Shown one piece after another: positions 1 through 8,887 of a stretch of DNA of 64,000 nucleotides; the stretch's first letter is position 1, and every line of letters begins with the position of its first letter. A program made the translations under genes and the position numbers. Source of the stretch: Flavobacteriaceae bacterium (lineage in GTDB: Bacteria; Bacteroidota; Bacteroidia; Flavobacteriales; Flavobacteriaceae); contig JADHMP010000010.1 in the NCBI GenBank assembly GCA_016779985.1, positions 15,481 to 79,480 on the forward strand, read 5' to 3'. The notes under the pieces are model-generated. The model did not search any database. It worked only from the letters and a program-made list of their open reading frames with translations, and was not told where the DNA came from.

Positions 1-735
1 TCTGCGCAAGACTTTGTTAAAGTGGGCGATGAAGTAGAGGCTATTGTTCTTTCGCTTGACCGTGAATCTCGCAAAATGTCACTAGGTATTAAACAACTTA
101 CGCCAGATCCATGGACAGACATTACAACAAAATATCCTGTAGGTTCAAAACATAAAGGACTTGTGCGCAACTTCACAAATTTTGGTGTGTTTATTGAACT
201 TGAAGAAGGTGTAGATGGTCTAGTTTATATTTCTGATCTTTCTTGGACGAAAAAAGTCAAGCATCCTTCAGAAATTCTTAATCTTGCTGACACTATTGAA
301 GTTGTTGTGTTAGAGTTAGATGTAGAGGGACGTAAATTGAGTTTAGGTCACAAACAGACCAAAGACAATCCTTGGGATAAATATGAAAAGGAATTTGGTG
401 TTGACACTGTTCATGAAATTGAACTTACAGAAATTGTAGATAAAGGAGCTACCATTACATTCAATGAAGATATTGTTGCTTTTGTTCCATCAAGACACTT
501 GGAGAAAGAAAACGGTTCTAAGTTAAATAAAGGTGAAAAAGCTCAGTTTAAAATCATTGAATTTAGCAAAGAGTTTAAACGTGTGGTAGCCTCCCACACT
601 GTTATGTTCAAAGAACAAGAAATGAAGAATGTAAAAAGAGCCTCCAAAAAAGTTGAAGCTTCTAATTCAGAAGTGACTACCTTAGGAGATCTTGACGCAT
701 TAGCAGATTTAAAACAAAAAATGGATAAAAAATGA
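1..735 (+). CDS. rpsA: 30S ribosomal protein S1, C-terminal part (5' end lies outside the window)
   Basis: Frame 1 is open from base 1. Repeated S1/OB-fold modules are present (GDEVEAIVLSLDRESRKMSLGIKQ, GLVRNFTNFGVFIELEEGVDGLVYISDLSW). A strong hairpin plus T-run follows the stop. Confidence 0.85.
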   Translation, partial: SAQDFVKVGDEVEAIVLSLDRESRKMSLGIKQLTPDPWTDITTKYPVGSKHKGLVRNFTNFGVFIELEEGVDGLVYISDLSWTKKVKHPSEILNLADTIEVVVLELDVEGRKLSLGHKQTKDNPWDKYEKEFGVDTVHEIELTEIVDKGATITFNEDIVAFVPSRHLEKENGSKLNKGEKAQFKIIEFSKEFKRVVASHTVMFKEQEMKNVKRASKKVEASNSEVTTLGDLDALADLKQKMDKK

Positions 736-760
736 TATTTTATCCTATTCTAAAGAAAAA

Positions 761-789
761 GCCCTCCACCTAATGGAGGGTTTTTTTTT
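761..789 (+). terminator. Rho-independent terminator after rpsA
   Basis: Stem CCCTCCA (763-769) pairs with TGGAGGG (774-780) around a 4-nt loop, followed by a T9 run (781-789). Confidence 0.8.
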
Positions 790-803
790 CATTCAGAAAC
801 CAA

Positions 804-811
804 TACTTTTG
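804..811 (+). promoter_or_regulatory. Candidate Bacteroidota -7 promoter element (TAnnTTTG) for pyrR-pyrB
   Basis: TACTTTTG matches the TAnnTTTG consensus exactly, 17 nt upstream of the pyrR ATG. No clear -33 TTTG partner was found. Confidence 0.35.
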
Positions 812-827
812 TAATAGGAATAGTTTC

Positions 828-1370
828 ATGTCAAATAGAGTTCTGATTAACGAAAAAAAGCTAAAAATCATTCTGCATCGGCTATGTTGCCAACTCATTG
901 AACGCCACCATGATTTTTCTAATGTCATTCTAATTGGACTTCAACCAAGAGGAATTTTTTTGCTGGAAGTTCTTGATAAAATGCTTAGGGAAGAATACCA
1001 AATTGAAGCTTTGCAAACAGGAAAACTAGACACTACTTTCTTTAGAGATGATTTCAGAAGAGGTGCCCCTTTAAAAGCAAATGCCACAGAAATGGAAGTT
1101 GAAGTTGAAAACAAGGCTGTTGTTTTGATAGACGACGTACTTTACACAGGACGTTCAATACGCTCTGCCTTAACTGCAATAGACAGTTATGGTCGACCCA
1201 AAAACATCGAATTATTAGTGCTCATTGATAGAAGATTTAGTCGCCATTTACCAATACAACCCGACTATTTGGGCGCTCAAATTGATGCACTTGAGGGAGA
1301 AAAAGTACGTGTGCATTGGGAAGAGGGGCTCAATAAAAGCAAAGTACATTTGGAAAAACACAACGCATGA
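828..1370 (+). CDS. pyrR: Bifunctional pyrimidine regulatory protein / uracil phosphoribosyltransferase PyrR
   Basis: 180 aa with the PRTase PRPP-binding motif VVLIDDVLYTGRSIRSAL. Its stop overlaps the pyrB start (ATGA). Confidence 0.85.
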   Translation: MSNRVLINEKKLKIILHRLCCQLIERHHDFSNVILIGLQPRGIFLLEVLDKMLREEYQIEALQTGKLDTTFFRDDFRRGAPLKANATEMEVEVENKAVVLIDDVLYTGRSIRSALTAIDSYGRPKNIELLVLIDRRFSRHLPIQPDYLGAQIDALEGEKVRVHWEEGLNKSKVHLEKHNA

Positions 1371-2305
1371 AGACACTTTCGGTAGCTCATTTATTAGGAA
1401 TCAAATACCTCAATCAAGACGACCTTTCCCTTTTATTTGAAACTGCCGACTACTTTAAAGAAGTAATTAATCGCCCCATCAAGAAAGTGCCTAGCTTGAG
1501 AGATATAACTATTGCCAATCTCTTTTTTGAAAATAGCACACGAACAAAATTATCTTTTGAATTAGCTGAGAAAAGGTTAAGTGCAGATATTCTCAACTTT
1601 TCAGCAGGGCAGTCATCAGTTAAAAAAGGAGAAACTTTGATTGACACGGTGAATAATATTCTAGCCATGAAAGTAGACATGATAGTGATTCGACATCCCA
1701 CACCTGGAGCGTCTCATTTTCTTTCACAACATGTAAATTCTTGTATAATTAATGCTGGAGATGGCACCCACGAGCATCCTACTCAAGCTTTGCTTGATTG
1801 TTTCTCACTGCAAGAAAAATTGGGTGATTTAAAAGGAAAACGCATTGCTATCGTGGGAGATATTTTACACTCTAGAGTAGCCCTTTCAAACATTTATACT
1901 TTGAAGATGTTGGGTGCTGAGGTGCAATTGTGCGCACCAAAGTCACTTCTTCCTAAGCCCATAGGAGCCCTAGATGTCTCAGTTTCTTCTGATTTGTTAA
2001 AAACACTTAAATGGTGTGATGCGGTAAATATGTTGAGGGTACAAAATGAAAGGATGGATTTAAATTATTTCCCTTCTACTAGAGAGTACAGTCAACACTT
2101 TGGGCTCAATAAAAAAATTATTGATCAACTTCCTCACGAAATAGTCATTTTACATCCAGGTCCAGTAAATAGAGGTGTCGAAATTACAAGTGAGGTGGCA
2201 GACTCTGAGCAAGCCATCATTTTAGACCAAGTTGAAAATGGTGTGGCCATCAGAATGGCTGTTATTTATTTGTTGGCCAACAAGCTAAATATTTCCACAA
2301 CGTGA
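1367..2305 (+). CDS. pyrB: Aspartate carbamoyltransferase catalytic subunit
   Basis: 312 aa with motifs FFENSTRTKLSFELAEKRL, HEHPTQALLD and HPGPVNRG. Confidence 0.92.
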   Translation: MKTLSVAHLLGIKYLNQDDLSLLFETADYFKEVINRPIKKVPSLRDITIANLFFENSTRTKLSFELAEKRLSADILNFSAGQSSVKKGETLIDTVNNILAMKVDMIVIRHPTPGASHFLSQHVNSCIINAGDGTHEHPTQALLDCFSLQEKLGDLKGKRIAIVGDILHSRVALSNIYTLKMLGAEVQLCAPKSLLPKPIGALDVSVSSDLLKTLKWCDAVNMLRVQNERMDLNYFPSTREYSQHFGLNKKIIDQLPHEIVILHPGPVNRGVEITSEVADSEQAIILDQVENGVAIRMAVIYLLANKLNISTT

Positions 2306-2619
2306 TTGAAGTTTTAGAAAATAAAATTTATCGAGTTGTAGAAAAAGATTTTGTTAATCAGGTTGATCTACTAATTAAAGCACTTGAAAAGAAAGAGCCA
2401 GGAGATTTAATTATTGTATTTCCAACTCTCATCCCTACTTTCCTAAAAAATCTTGATCGACTTATTTCCTATCAAAAAAAACAAAACCGTTTATTGGTTT
2501 GGGTTTTACATTCAGAAACCTCCAATCAAATTCCTGCAGAATGGACCTGCGTTCCCACACTTCAGGAAGCAATAGATTATATACAATTTGAACAAATGCA
2601 ACGCGATTTAGGATTTTAA
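2302..2619 (+). CDS. Hypothetical 105-aa protein translationally coupled to pyrB
   Basis: GTG start overlaps the pyrB stop (GTGA). It fills the whole pyrB-rnz gap. I recognise no family. Confidence 0.55.
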   Translation: MIEVLENKIYRVVEKDFVNQVDLLIKALEKKEPGDLIIVFPTLIPTFLKNLDRLISYQKKQNRLLVWVLHSETSNQIPAEWTCVPTLQEAIDYIQFEQMQRDLGF

Positions 2620-2627
2620 ACAAAGCA

Positions 2628-3533
2628 ATGGAACTCACAATTTTAGGATGTCATTCAGCTACTCCAAGAGAAAATAAACATACTACTGCACAAGTTTTAG
2701 AGGCAAATGGCCACCTTTTTTTAGTGGATTGTGGGGAGGGCACACAGATTCAATTGCGGCTGGCTAAAGTCAAATTTTCAAGAATTCAACATATTTTTAT
2801 TTCTCATCTTCATGGGGATCATTTTTATGGATTAATTGGATTAATCAGCACTTTCCGATTATTAGGAAGAAATGCACCACTTTATATTTATGGCCCCAAG
2901 GGAATAAAAGAAATTATTTCGCTTCAATTGAAATATGCACAGTCGTGGACAGATTATCCACTTCACTTTATTGAATTAGAACAGACAAATCAATCTGTTA
3001 TTTTTGAAGATGAAGTGATTAAGGTTTCAACTATTCCTTTGAATCATCGCATTTACACAAATGGTTTTCTCTTTGAAACTCAAGAGGGCTTGAGAAAAAT
3101 TAATAAAAAGGCAACGGCAAAATTAGATTTGTCTGCTGTCCAATTTCAACAATTACAGGCAGGACATGATTTGATTTTAAGTTCGGGAAAAGAAATAAAG
3201 AATGAGGAATTAACAATGGCTCCAAAACCTGTCAAACGCTATGCATTCTGTAGTGATACTTGTTATGATGAAAGTATAGTTCCACAAATTGAAGGAGTTG
3301 ATTTGCTCTATCATGAAGCCACTTTCCTAGAACAGAATATTGATTTAGCGATCAAGACAAAACACTGCACTGTCAAACAAGCAGCAACCATTGCCAAAAA
3401 AGCGAAGGTGAAAAGTTTAATGATAGGTCATTATTCAAATCGATATAAAGATAAAAACAGTTTTCTTGAAGAAGGAAAAAGTATTTTTAACCCAATACTT
3501 CTTTCTGAAGATTTAATTAGAATTTCTATTTAA
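2628..3533 (+). CDS. rnz: Ribonuclease Z (metallo-beta-lactamase fold tRNA 3' endonuclease)
   Basis: 301 aa with the HxHxDH motif SHLHGDHFYGL. Length and layout are typical of the short RNase Z form. Confidence 0.85.
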   Translation: MELTILGCHSATPRENKHTTAQVLEANGHLFLVDCGEGTQIQLRLAKVKFSRIQHIFISHLHGDHFYGLIGLISTFRLLGRNAPLYIYGPKGIKEIISLQLKYAQSWTDYPLHFIELEQTNQSVIFEDEVIKVSTIPLNHRIYTNGFLFETQEGLRKINKKATAKLDLSAVQFQQLQAGHDLILSSGKEIKNEELTMAPKPVKRYAFCSDTCYDESIVPQIEGVDLLYHEATFLEQNIDLAIKTKHCTVKQAATIAKKAKVKSLMIGHYSNRYKDKNSFLEEGKSIFNPILLSEDLIRISI

Positions 3534-3564
3534 TGAGAATGGGTTGTAAATTAGACTAAGAGAA

Positions 3565-4209
3565 ATGAAAAACAATATAGGACATTTAAGAAGATCGTAT
3601 GATAAGCATACTTTAGAAGAGTCTCAGCTTGAGAAAACTCCAATAAAGTTATTTGAAAAATGGTTTCAAGAGGCTGAACAAAATGATGAAATAGAAGAGC
3701 CTAATGCAATGACTGTAAATACTTTAGGGATTGATGGTTTTCCACGAGGGCGGGTGGTATTGCTCAAAGCTTTTAGTGCTTCTGGATTTGTTTTTTATAC
3801 TAATTATACTAGTGAAAAAGGAAAAGCCATTGCTCAACATTCTAAAGTTGGGTTGAGCTTTTTTTGGCCCTCACAACAAAGACAAATCCATGTGCAGGGT
3901 AAGGCCAGCAAACTTTCAGAGGAAGAGTCAGAAACATACTTCCAAAGTAGACCAAGAGGAAGCCAGCTTGGAGCTTGGGTTTCTCCTCAAAGTCAAGTGA
4001 TAGAAAATAGAGCAGTATTGGAATCATCACTTCAACAATTAGAAAAGAAATATAAAGATCAACGTATTCCAAAGCCTAAACATTGGGGAGGCTACCTAAT
4101 AGCTCCTCAAGCTTTTGAATTTTGGCAAGGAAGACCAAATCGGTTACATGATAGAATTCGATATTTACAAGTGGATTCAGAATGGAAATATGAACGTCTA
4201 GCACCCTAA
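3565..4209 (+). CDS. pdxH: Pyridoxamine 5'-phosphate oxidase
   Basis: 214 aa with C-terminal signature FEFWQGRPNRLHDRIRY and FYTNYTSEKG. Confidence 0.9.
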   Translation: MKNNIGHLRRSYDKHTLEESQLEKTPIKLFEKWFQEAEQNDEIEEPNAMTVNTLGIDGFPRGRVVLLKAFSASGFVFYTNYTSEKGKAIAQHSKVGLSFFWPSQQRQIHVQGKASKLSEEESETYFQSRPRGSQLGAWVSPQSQVIENRAVLESSLQQLEKKYKDQRIPKPKHWGGYLIAPQAFEFWQGRPNRLHDRIRYLQVDSEWKYERLAP

Positions 4210-4212
4210 AGA

Positions 4213-4686
4213 ATGAAAGAATTAATTTTACTAAGACATGCTAAATCCTCTTGGGAGAGTCCGTTATCAGACATTGATAGACCTCTTATGCCCAAAGGAA
4301 TTGATAGGATTTCAGCAATGACACGTAGTTCAATTTCATTATTTGAATCGGTTGATGAAGTGTATTCTAGTCCTGCAAATAGGGCCCTACACACTGCTGT
4401 ATTAATGCTCAGAAATGCGAAGCTTCCATTGGATATTTTAAAAGTGGATCAAAGACTCTACACTTTTGATGCTGAAGATGTGATTTCATATATAGGAAGC
4501 TTAGATTTTGTTGGTAAGAGAATTGTTTTAGTGGGGCATAATCCCGCTTTTACAATCGTTGCCAATCAATTAGGAAATAAAAATATTTCTCATCTGTCTA
4601 CCGCTGCTTGGGCGCATCTTACTTGGGAGAATGAAGAAGATTTAGAAGCCAAAACGGTGATCGGTGATCCAAAAATGATATTGTAG
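4213..4686 (+). CDS. Histidine phosphatase superfamily protein, SixA-like
   Basis: 157 aa with an N-terminal RHA motif (LILLRHAKSSW) and a later VGHNP motif. Length matches SixA. Confidence 0.7.
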   Translation: MKELILLRHAKSSWESPLSDIDRPLMPKGIDRISAMTRSSISLFESVDEVYSSPANRALHTAVLMLRNAKLPLDILKVDQRLYTFDAEDVISYIGSLDFVGKRIVLVGHNPAFTIVANQLGNKNISHLSTAAWAHLTWENEEDLEAKTVIGDPKMIL

Positions 4687-4690
4687 AACT

Positions 4691-6727
4691 ATGAAACGCT
4701 ACATTAATAGAGAATTAAGTTGGTTGGATTTCAATGCTAGAGTCCTTCAAGAAGCAGCTGACCAAAGAGTACCATTATTAGAGCGCCTTCGATTCATTGG
4801 GATTTTTTCTAACAATTTAGACGAATTTTTTCAGGTTCGTTATGCTACAGTAAAACGAATTGCTCAATCTGATAAAACAGGAAAAAAAATCTTTGGAGGG
4901 AATATTGCTTCAGAGCTACTCAATGAAATAACTCAAAAAGTTATCGCGCAACAAAAAGAGAGTAATTTGATTTTAGATGAAATTGAAAAAGCCCTTGCTC
5001 TTGAAGAAATATACTTTATTGATGAGAAACAAGTATTTCCTGAACACGAGTCTTTTCTAAAAGAGTATTTTATTAATCACGTCAGTCCTGCATTAATGAC
5101 TATTATTCTTAAGGAAGATGAGGTGCAAGATCTTAGAGATCACTCTGCTTTTTTGGTTATTAAACTGGTTTTTGAACAAGCAGACTCACAATATGCTTTA
5201 ATAGAAATACCAAAGGAATTAGACCGCTTTGTAGTATTGCCAAAAATAGATGAAAAGCAATACATCATGTTTTTAGATGATGTGATTCGCTTCCATTTTC
5301 AACTCATATTCAACTTTTTTGATTACAGTTCCATTAGCTCCTTTATGATCAAAGTGACTCGAGATGCTGAGTTAGATATGGAGGGAGATGTCTCTAAGAG
5401 CTATGTCAATAAAATTATAGAAAGTGTAAGGGATCGAATTTTAGCCGAACCAGTTCGTCTTGTGTATGATAGTGGTATTGAAAAGGATATGCTTCAACTT
5501 TTAAAACACAAACTTGAAATTGATTCTACAGACAGTTTGATTCCTGGAGGGCGTTATCATCATAGAAGAGATTTTATGAAATTTCCCAATCTACACCGGC
5601 AAGATTTAAAATATAAGCAAATAGAACCTTTAGCTATTCCGGGTTTGTCTTTAGAAAAAAGTATTTTTGGAGCTATCGCTAAAAAAGATTTCCTTCTTTA
5701 CACCCCATTTCATAGCTTTTCCTATTTCGTTAAGTTTTTAAGGGAGGCCGCTTTAGATCCAGAAGTAATTTCTATTAAAATTACAATTTATAGACTTTCT
5801 AAAATTTCCAATGTTGTGAGTTCCTTAATCAACGCAGCTAAAAATGGAAAGAAAGTTTTAGTTCAAATTGAATTACAAGCCCGTTTTGACGAGGCGAATA
5901 ACATCAACCATGCAGAGCAATTAGAAGCTGCTGGGGTAAAGCTAATATTTGGTATTCAAGGGCTCAAAGTACATTCTAAAATTGGAGTGATTGAAAAACG
6001 TGTCAATGATAAAATAAAACGATTTGGTTTTATAAGTACAGGAAATTTCAACGAAGATACGGCTAAGGTGTATACAGATTATACTCTTTTCACGTCAAAT
6101 AGAAAATTGCTCAAAGAAGTAAATAAGGTGTTTAACTTTTTAGAAGTCCCTTATAAACTTAAAAAATATAAACATCTAATTGTGTCTCCACACTATAGTG
6201 CCAATACGATAGAACGGTTGATAGATAATGAAATAAAAAACAGGTTAGAGGGTAAAACGAGCGGTATTCAATTAAAGATGAATGCCATAACCAATTATAA
6301 ATTGATAGATAAGTTATATGAGGCAAGTGCAGCTGGGGTTCCCATAAAAATGATTGTAAGAGGCATATGCTGCTTAATTCCAGGAGTGAAAGGGCTAAGT
6401 GAACACATTGAAGTAGTCAGTGTGGTGGATAAATTTCTAGAACATCCACGTGTTTACATTTTTGAAAATGGAGGTGAGCCAAAATATTATATTTCCTCAG
6501 CTGACTTTATGACCCGAAACATAGAAAATAGGGTAGAAGTAGCTGCTCCAATTTATGATCTTGATTTGCAAAATCAAATTCAAGATGTTTTTTCACTTTG
6601 TTGGGATGACAATATCAAGGGAAGACACGTAAATGGAAAAAAGGGGAATCGATTTATTGATAACAAAAAATCAAAAATTCGATCCCAATGGGCAGTTTAT
6701 GAATATTATGAAAAGCGGAGTGAATAG
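4691..6727 (+). CDS. ppk1: Polyphosphate kinase 1
   Basis: 678 aa with N-terminal INRELSWLDFNARVLQEA and an HKD-like segment LKVHSKIGVIE. Adjacent to ppx. Confidence 0.92.
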   Translation: MKRYINRELSWLDFNARVLQEAADQRVPLLERLRFIGIFSNNLDEFFQVRYATVKRIAQSDKTGKKIFGGNIASELLNEITQKVIAQQKESNLILDEIEKALALEEIYFIDEKQVFPEHESFLKEYFINHVSPALMTIILKEDEVQDLRDHSAFLVIKLVFEQADSQYALIEIPKELDRFVVLPKIDEKQYIMFLDDVIRFHFQLIFNFFDYSSISSFMIKVTRDAELDMEGDVSKSYVNKIIESVRDRILAEPVRLVYDSGIEKDMLQLLKHKLEIDSTDSLIPGGRYHHRRDFMKFPNLHRQDLKYKQIEPLAIPGLSLEKSIFGAIAKKDFLLYTPFHSFSYFVKFLREAALDPEVISIKITIYRLSKISNVVSSLINAAKNGKKVLVQIELQARFDEANNINHAEQLEAAGVKLIFGIQGLKVHSKIGVIEKRVNDKIKRFGFISTGNFNEDTAKVYTDYTLFTSNRKLLKEVNKVFNFLEVPYKLKKYKHLIVSPHYSANTIERLIDNEIKNRLEGKTSGIQLKMNAITNYKLIDKLYEASAAGVPIKMIVRGICCLIPGVKGLSEHIEVVSVVDKFLEHPRVYIFENGGEPKYYISSADFMTRNIENRVEVAAPIYDLDLQNQIQDVFSLCWDDNIKGRHVNGKKGNRFIDNKKSKIRSQWAVYEYYEKRSE

Positions 6728-6729
6728 CT

Positions 6730-7623
6730 ATGGAGATAGATAAATATGCAGCGATAGATATTGGTTCAAATGCCGTTAGAATGCTCATTACCAACGTCAT
6801 AAAGATGGAAGGATCGGTCTATTTCAGAAAAAATTCACTAATTCGAGTGCCCATCCGGTTAGGAGAAGATTCATTTACTTCAGGTGAAATCTCTAAAAAG
6901 AACAAAAACCGCCTTATCGACTCCATAAAAGCCTTTAAATTGCTCATGGAAGTCCATAATGTTAAAAATTATTTAGCTTATGCTACTTCGGCGCTTCGAG
7001 AAGCCACCAATGGTCAAAAAGTGGTCAAAGAAATTAAAAAGAAAAGTGACATCAGCATTGAATTGATTGATGGAGCAAAGGAAGCGGCAATTATTTCAAA
7101 CACTAATATTTTTGATCAAGTGTCTATTGAAAAAACCTTTCTTTATATTGATGTAGGTGGCGGGAGCACAGAATTTAGCGTACTTCGAAAAGGAAAAAGA
7201 ATTTGCTCAAAATCGTTTAAAATTGGAACGGTAAGATTACTCAACGAACATGTGAGTCAACAAGTGTGGCTAAGTATCGAAAAATGGATCAAAACGAATT
7301 TAAAAGGGTACAATAAGATTTATTTATTAGGAACTGGAGGCAATATCAATAAACTCCACAAGATGGCCGGTTTAAAGGAAGATAAACCAATAACTTATTT
7401 AATATTCAATGCTTTATATAAAAAGCTAGCTGCCTTCACCTATCAACAACGCATTGTGAAATTAGGATTAAACCCAGATCGTTCAGATGTTATTTTACCG
7501 GCAATGGAGATATACATCAAAGCTTTACGATGGAGCAGGTCTAAAGTTATTTATGTTCCGAAGGTGGGCCTATCTGACGGTATGATTAGAGAAATTGCAA
7601 AAAAAAATGGAATAACACTCTAG
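6730..7623 (+). CDS. ppx: Exopolyphosphatase, Ppx/GppA family (single-domain short form)
   Basis: 297 aa with ASKHA phosphate-1 motif AAIDIGSNAVRMLI and DVGGGSTEF. Starts 2 nt after ppk1. Confidence 0.85.
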   Translation: MEIDKYAAIDIGSNAVRMLITNVIKMEGSVYFRKNSLIRVPIRLGEDSFTSGEISKKNKNRLIDSIKAFKLLMEVHNVKNYLAYATSALREATNGQKVVKEIKKKSDISIELIDGAKEAAIISNTNIFDQVSIEKTFLYIDVGGGSTEFSVLRKGKRICSKSFKIGTVRLLNEHVSQQVWLSIEKWIKTNLKGYNKIYLLGTGGNINKLHKMAGLKEDKPITYLIFNALYKKLAAFTYQQRIVKLGLNPDRSDVILPAMEIYIKALRWSRSKVIYVPKVGLSDGMIREIAKKNGITL

Positions 7624-8201
7624 CCGTGGATGTTTTCTTTTTTTCCTAATTTTTGCATTAATTCAGCTTCATAAGCTAACAATGCTTGCCATTTTTTTTT
7701 CACGAGCGCAGGCGAGGCATAAATTTTTGCTAGCTTAAGAAAAAGCACATAGTGATTGGCTTCACTAATCATTAGTTTTTTATAAAAGGTCCTTAATTTG
7801 AGATCGCTTAAATGCTCAGATAAAAGTCTAAAGCGTTCACAACTTCTTGCTTCAATCAAACCAGCATATAGAAGACGGTGAACCAAATGGATTTCTCTTG
7901 ATCCTCCCTTTGGAAAAAAAGTAAGAAGGTCACGAACATAATAGTCTGGTCTTTCTTTGCCTAGTGTGTATCCACGTTCTTTGATGAGTTGATGAACCAT
8001 TTTGAAATGACTCATTTCCTCTTGCGCAAGATCAATCATTTCTGAAACTAGTTCTTCTTTTTCGGGAAATGAAATGATAAGAGAAATGGCAGTGCTAGCT
8101 GCCTTTTGCTCACAATAGGCGTGATCGGTTAAAATTTCGCTAATATTTTTCTCCACAATGTTGACCCAACGTGGATCTGTGGGTAGTTTCAATCCAAGCA
8201 T
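7620..8201 (-). CDS. miaE: tRNA-(ms2io6A37)-hydroxylase MiaE (ferritin-like di-iron)
   Basis: 193 aa with motifs DHAYCEQKAASTAISLI and ISEANHY, and a conserved N-terminus LKLPTDPRWVNIV. Confidence 0.75.
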   Translation of the reverse strand: MLGLKLPTDPRWVNIVEKNISEILTDHAYCEQKAASTAISLIISFPEKEELVSEMIDLAQEEMSHFKMVHQLIKERGYTLGKERPDYYVRDLLTFFPKGGSREIHLVHRLLYAGLIEARSCERFRLLSEHLSDLKLRTFYKKLMISEANHYVLFLKLAKIYASPALVKKKWQALLAYEAELMQKLGKKENIHG

Positions 8202-8212
8202 TGTTTAAGTGT

Positions 8213-8887
8213 TTAAAAATCTAAATCAAAGGTTTCTTTCAAATTTTTTAATTCTGGATTAATTTTTACAAGAAAATCATATTTTTCCTGAGCCGTATAA
8301 ACCGTTTCTTCTCTAATCTGTTCACTAATTGAAAGTTCAATTGTTAAGACAAAATTATTTAATTTTTCTCTTAAATAATTTAATATTTCGGGTAGCGCTT
8401 CTTTCAATTCTACTTGGTTAAGTGTATTTGCCACTTGATAGGAAACCACAAAATTATCGTTTAACAACGGTTTCTTAAGCGCAAGAATCGACGCTAGATT
8501 TTGTGATCCTTCTTTGATCTTCAGTTGGGTAAAATTATACCAGTGTTTTTGCAAATCTTCTTCTGTAAAGGTGTTTTTTACTACTTCACTGGGATTATTT
8601 GGAATATTCTTTTGTTGCTCAGCCTGCTTTTTTAATGCTATGCTAGAAATGGATAGACTTGAAACGGCTTTGGCTTGAGTTGGAGCCTCTAAATCTTTTC
8701 TTTTTTCTGAAATTTCGGGCAATTTTTCATCCTCCTTGTCAATTTCTATTAGACCTTTTTCGAATTGAACATTGGGTGCCTCCTCTATCTTTTTTTTGTT
8801 GATTTGTTGAGAAAGATCTACTTTTTCAATTGTGGTAAATTGATCGTAGTAATTATGTGGAATTATGTAGTCTTTTTTTTTTCTCCA
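8213..8887 (-). CDS. dnaX: dnaX tau-specific C-terminal segment, open in the -1 frame relative to the upstream dnaX ORF
   Basis: My hand translation of the minus strand shows this frame is open without a stop from 8887 to the stop at 8213-8215. The ORF-track start at 8722 is only a TTG inside the open frame. This frame equals the upstream dnaX frame shifted by -1 at the A10 run. Confidence 0.65.
   Translation of the reverse strand, partial: WRKKKDYIIPHNYYDQFTTIEKVDLSQQINKKKIEEAPNVQFEKGLIEIDKEDEKLPEISEKRKDLEAPTQAKAVSSLSISSIALKKQAEQQKNIPNNPSEVVKNTFTEEDLQKHWYNFTQLKIKEGSQNLASILALKKPLLNDNFVVSYQVANTLNQVELKEALPEILNYLREKLNNFVLTIELSISEQIREETVYTAQEKYDFLVKINPELKNLKETFDLDF

Noticed and set aside
736-827. 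Possible PyrR-binding attenuator in the leader upstream of pyrR, using the strong hairpin at 761-789.
   Set aside because: The hairpin lacks the conserved PyrR binding-loop sequence (UCCAGAGAGG-like) and has no alternative antiterminator pairing that I could find. It is explained adequately as the rpsA terminator.
1225-1701. Overlapping ORFs 1225-1440(+) and 1450-1701(-) at the pyrR/pyrB junction.
   Set aside because: They are out of frame or antisense to pyrR and pyrB, which have unambiguous catalytic motifs.
8851-8870. Direct repeats as a possible CRISPR or minisatellite.
   Set aside because: There are only two 10-nt units, inside a coding frame, with no spacers. It is reported instead in the dnaX recoding context.
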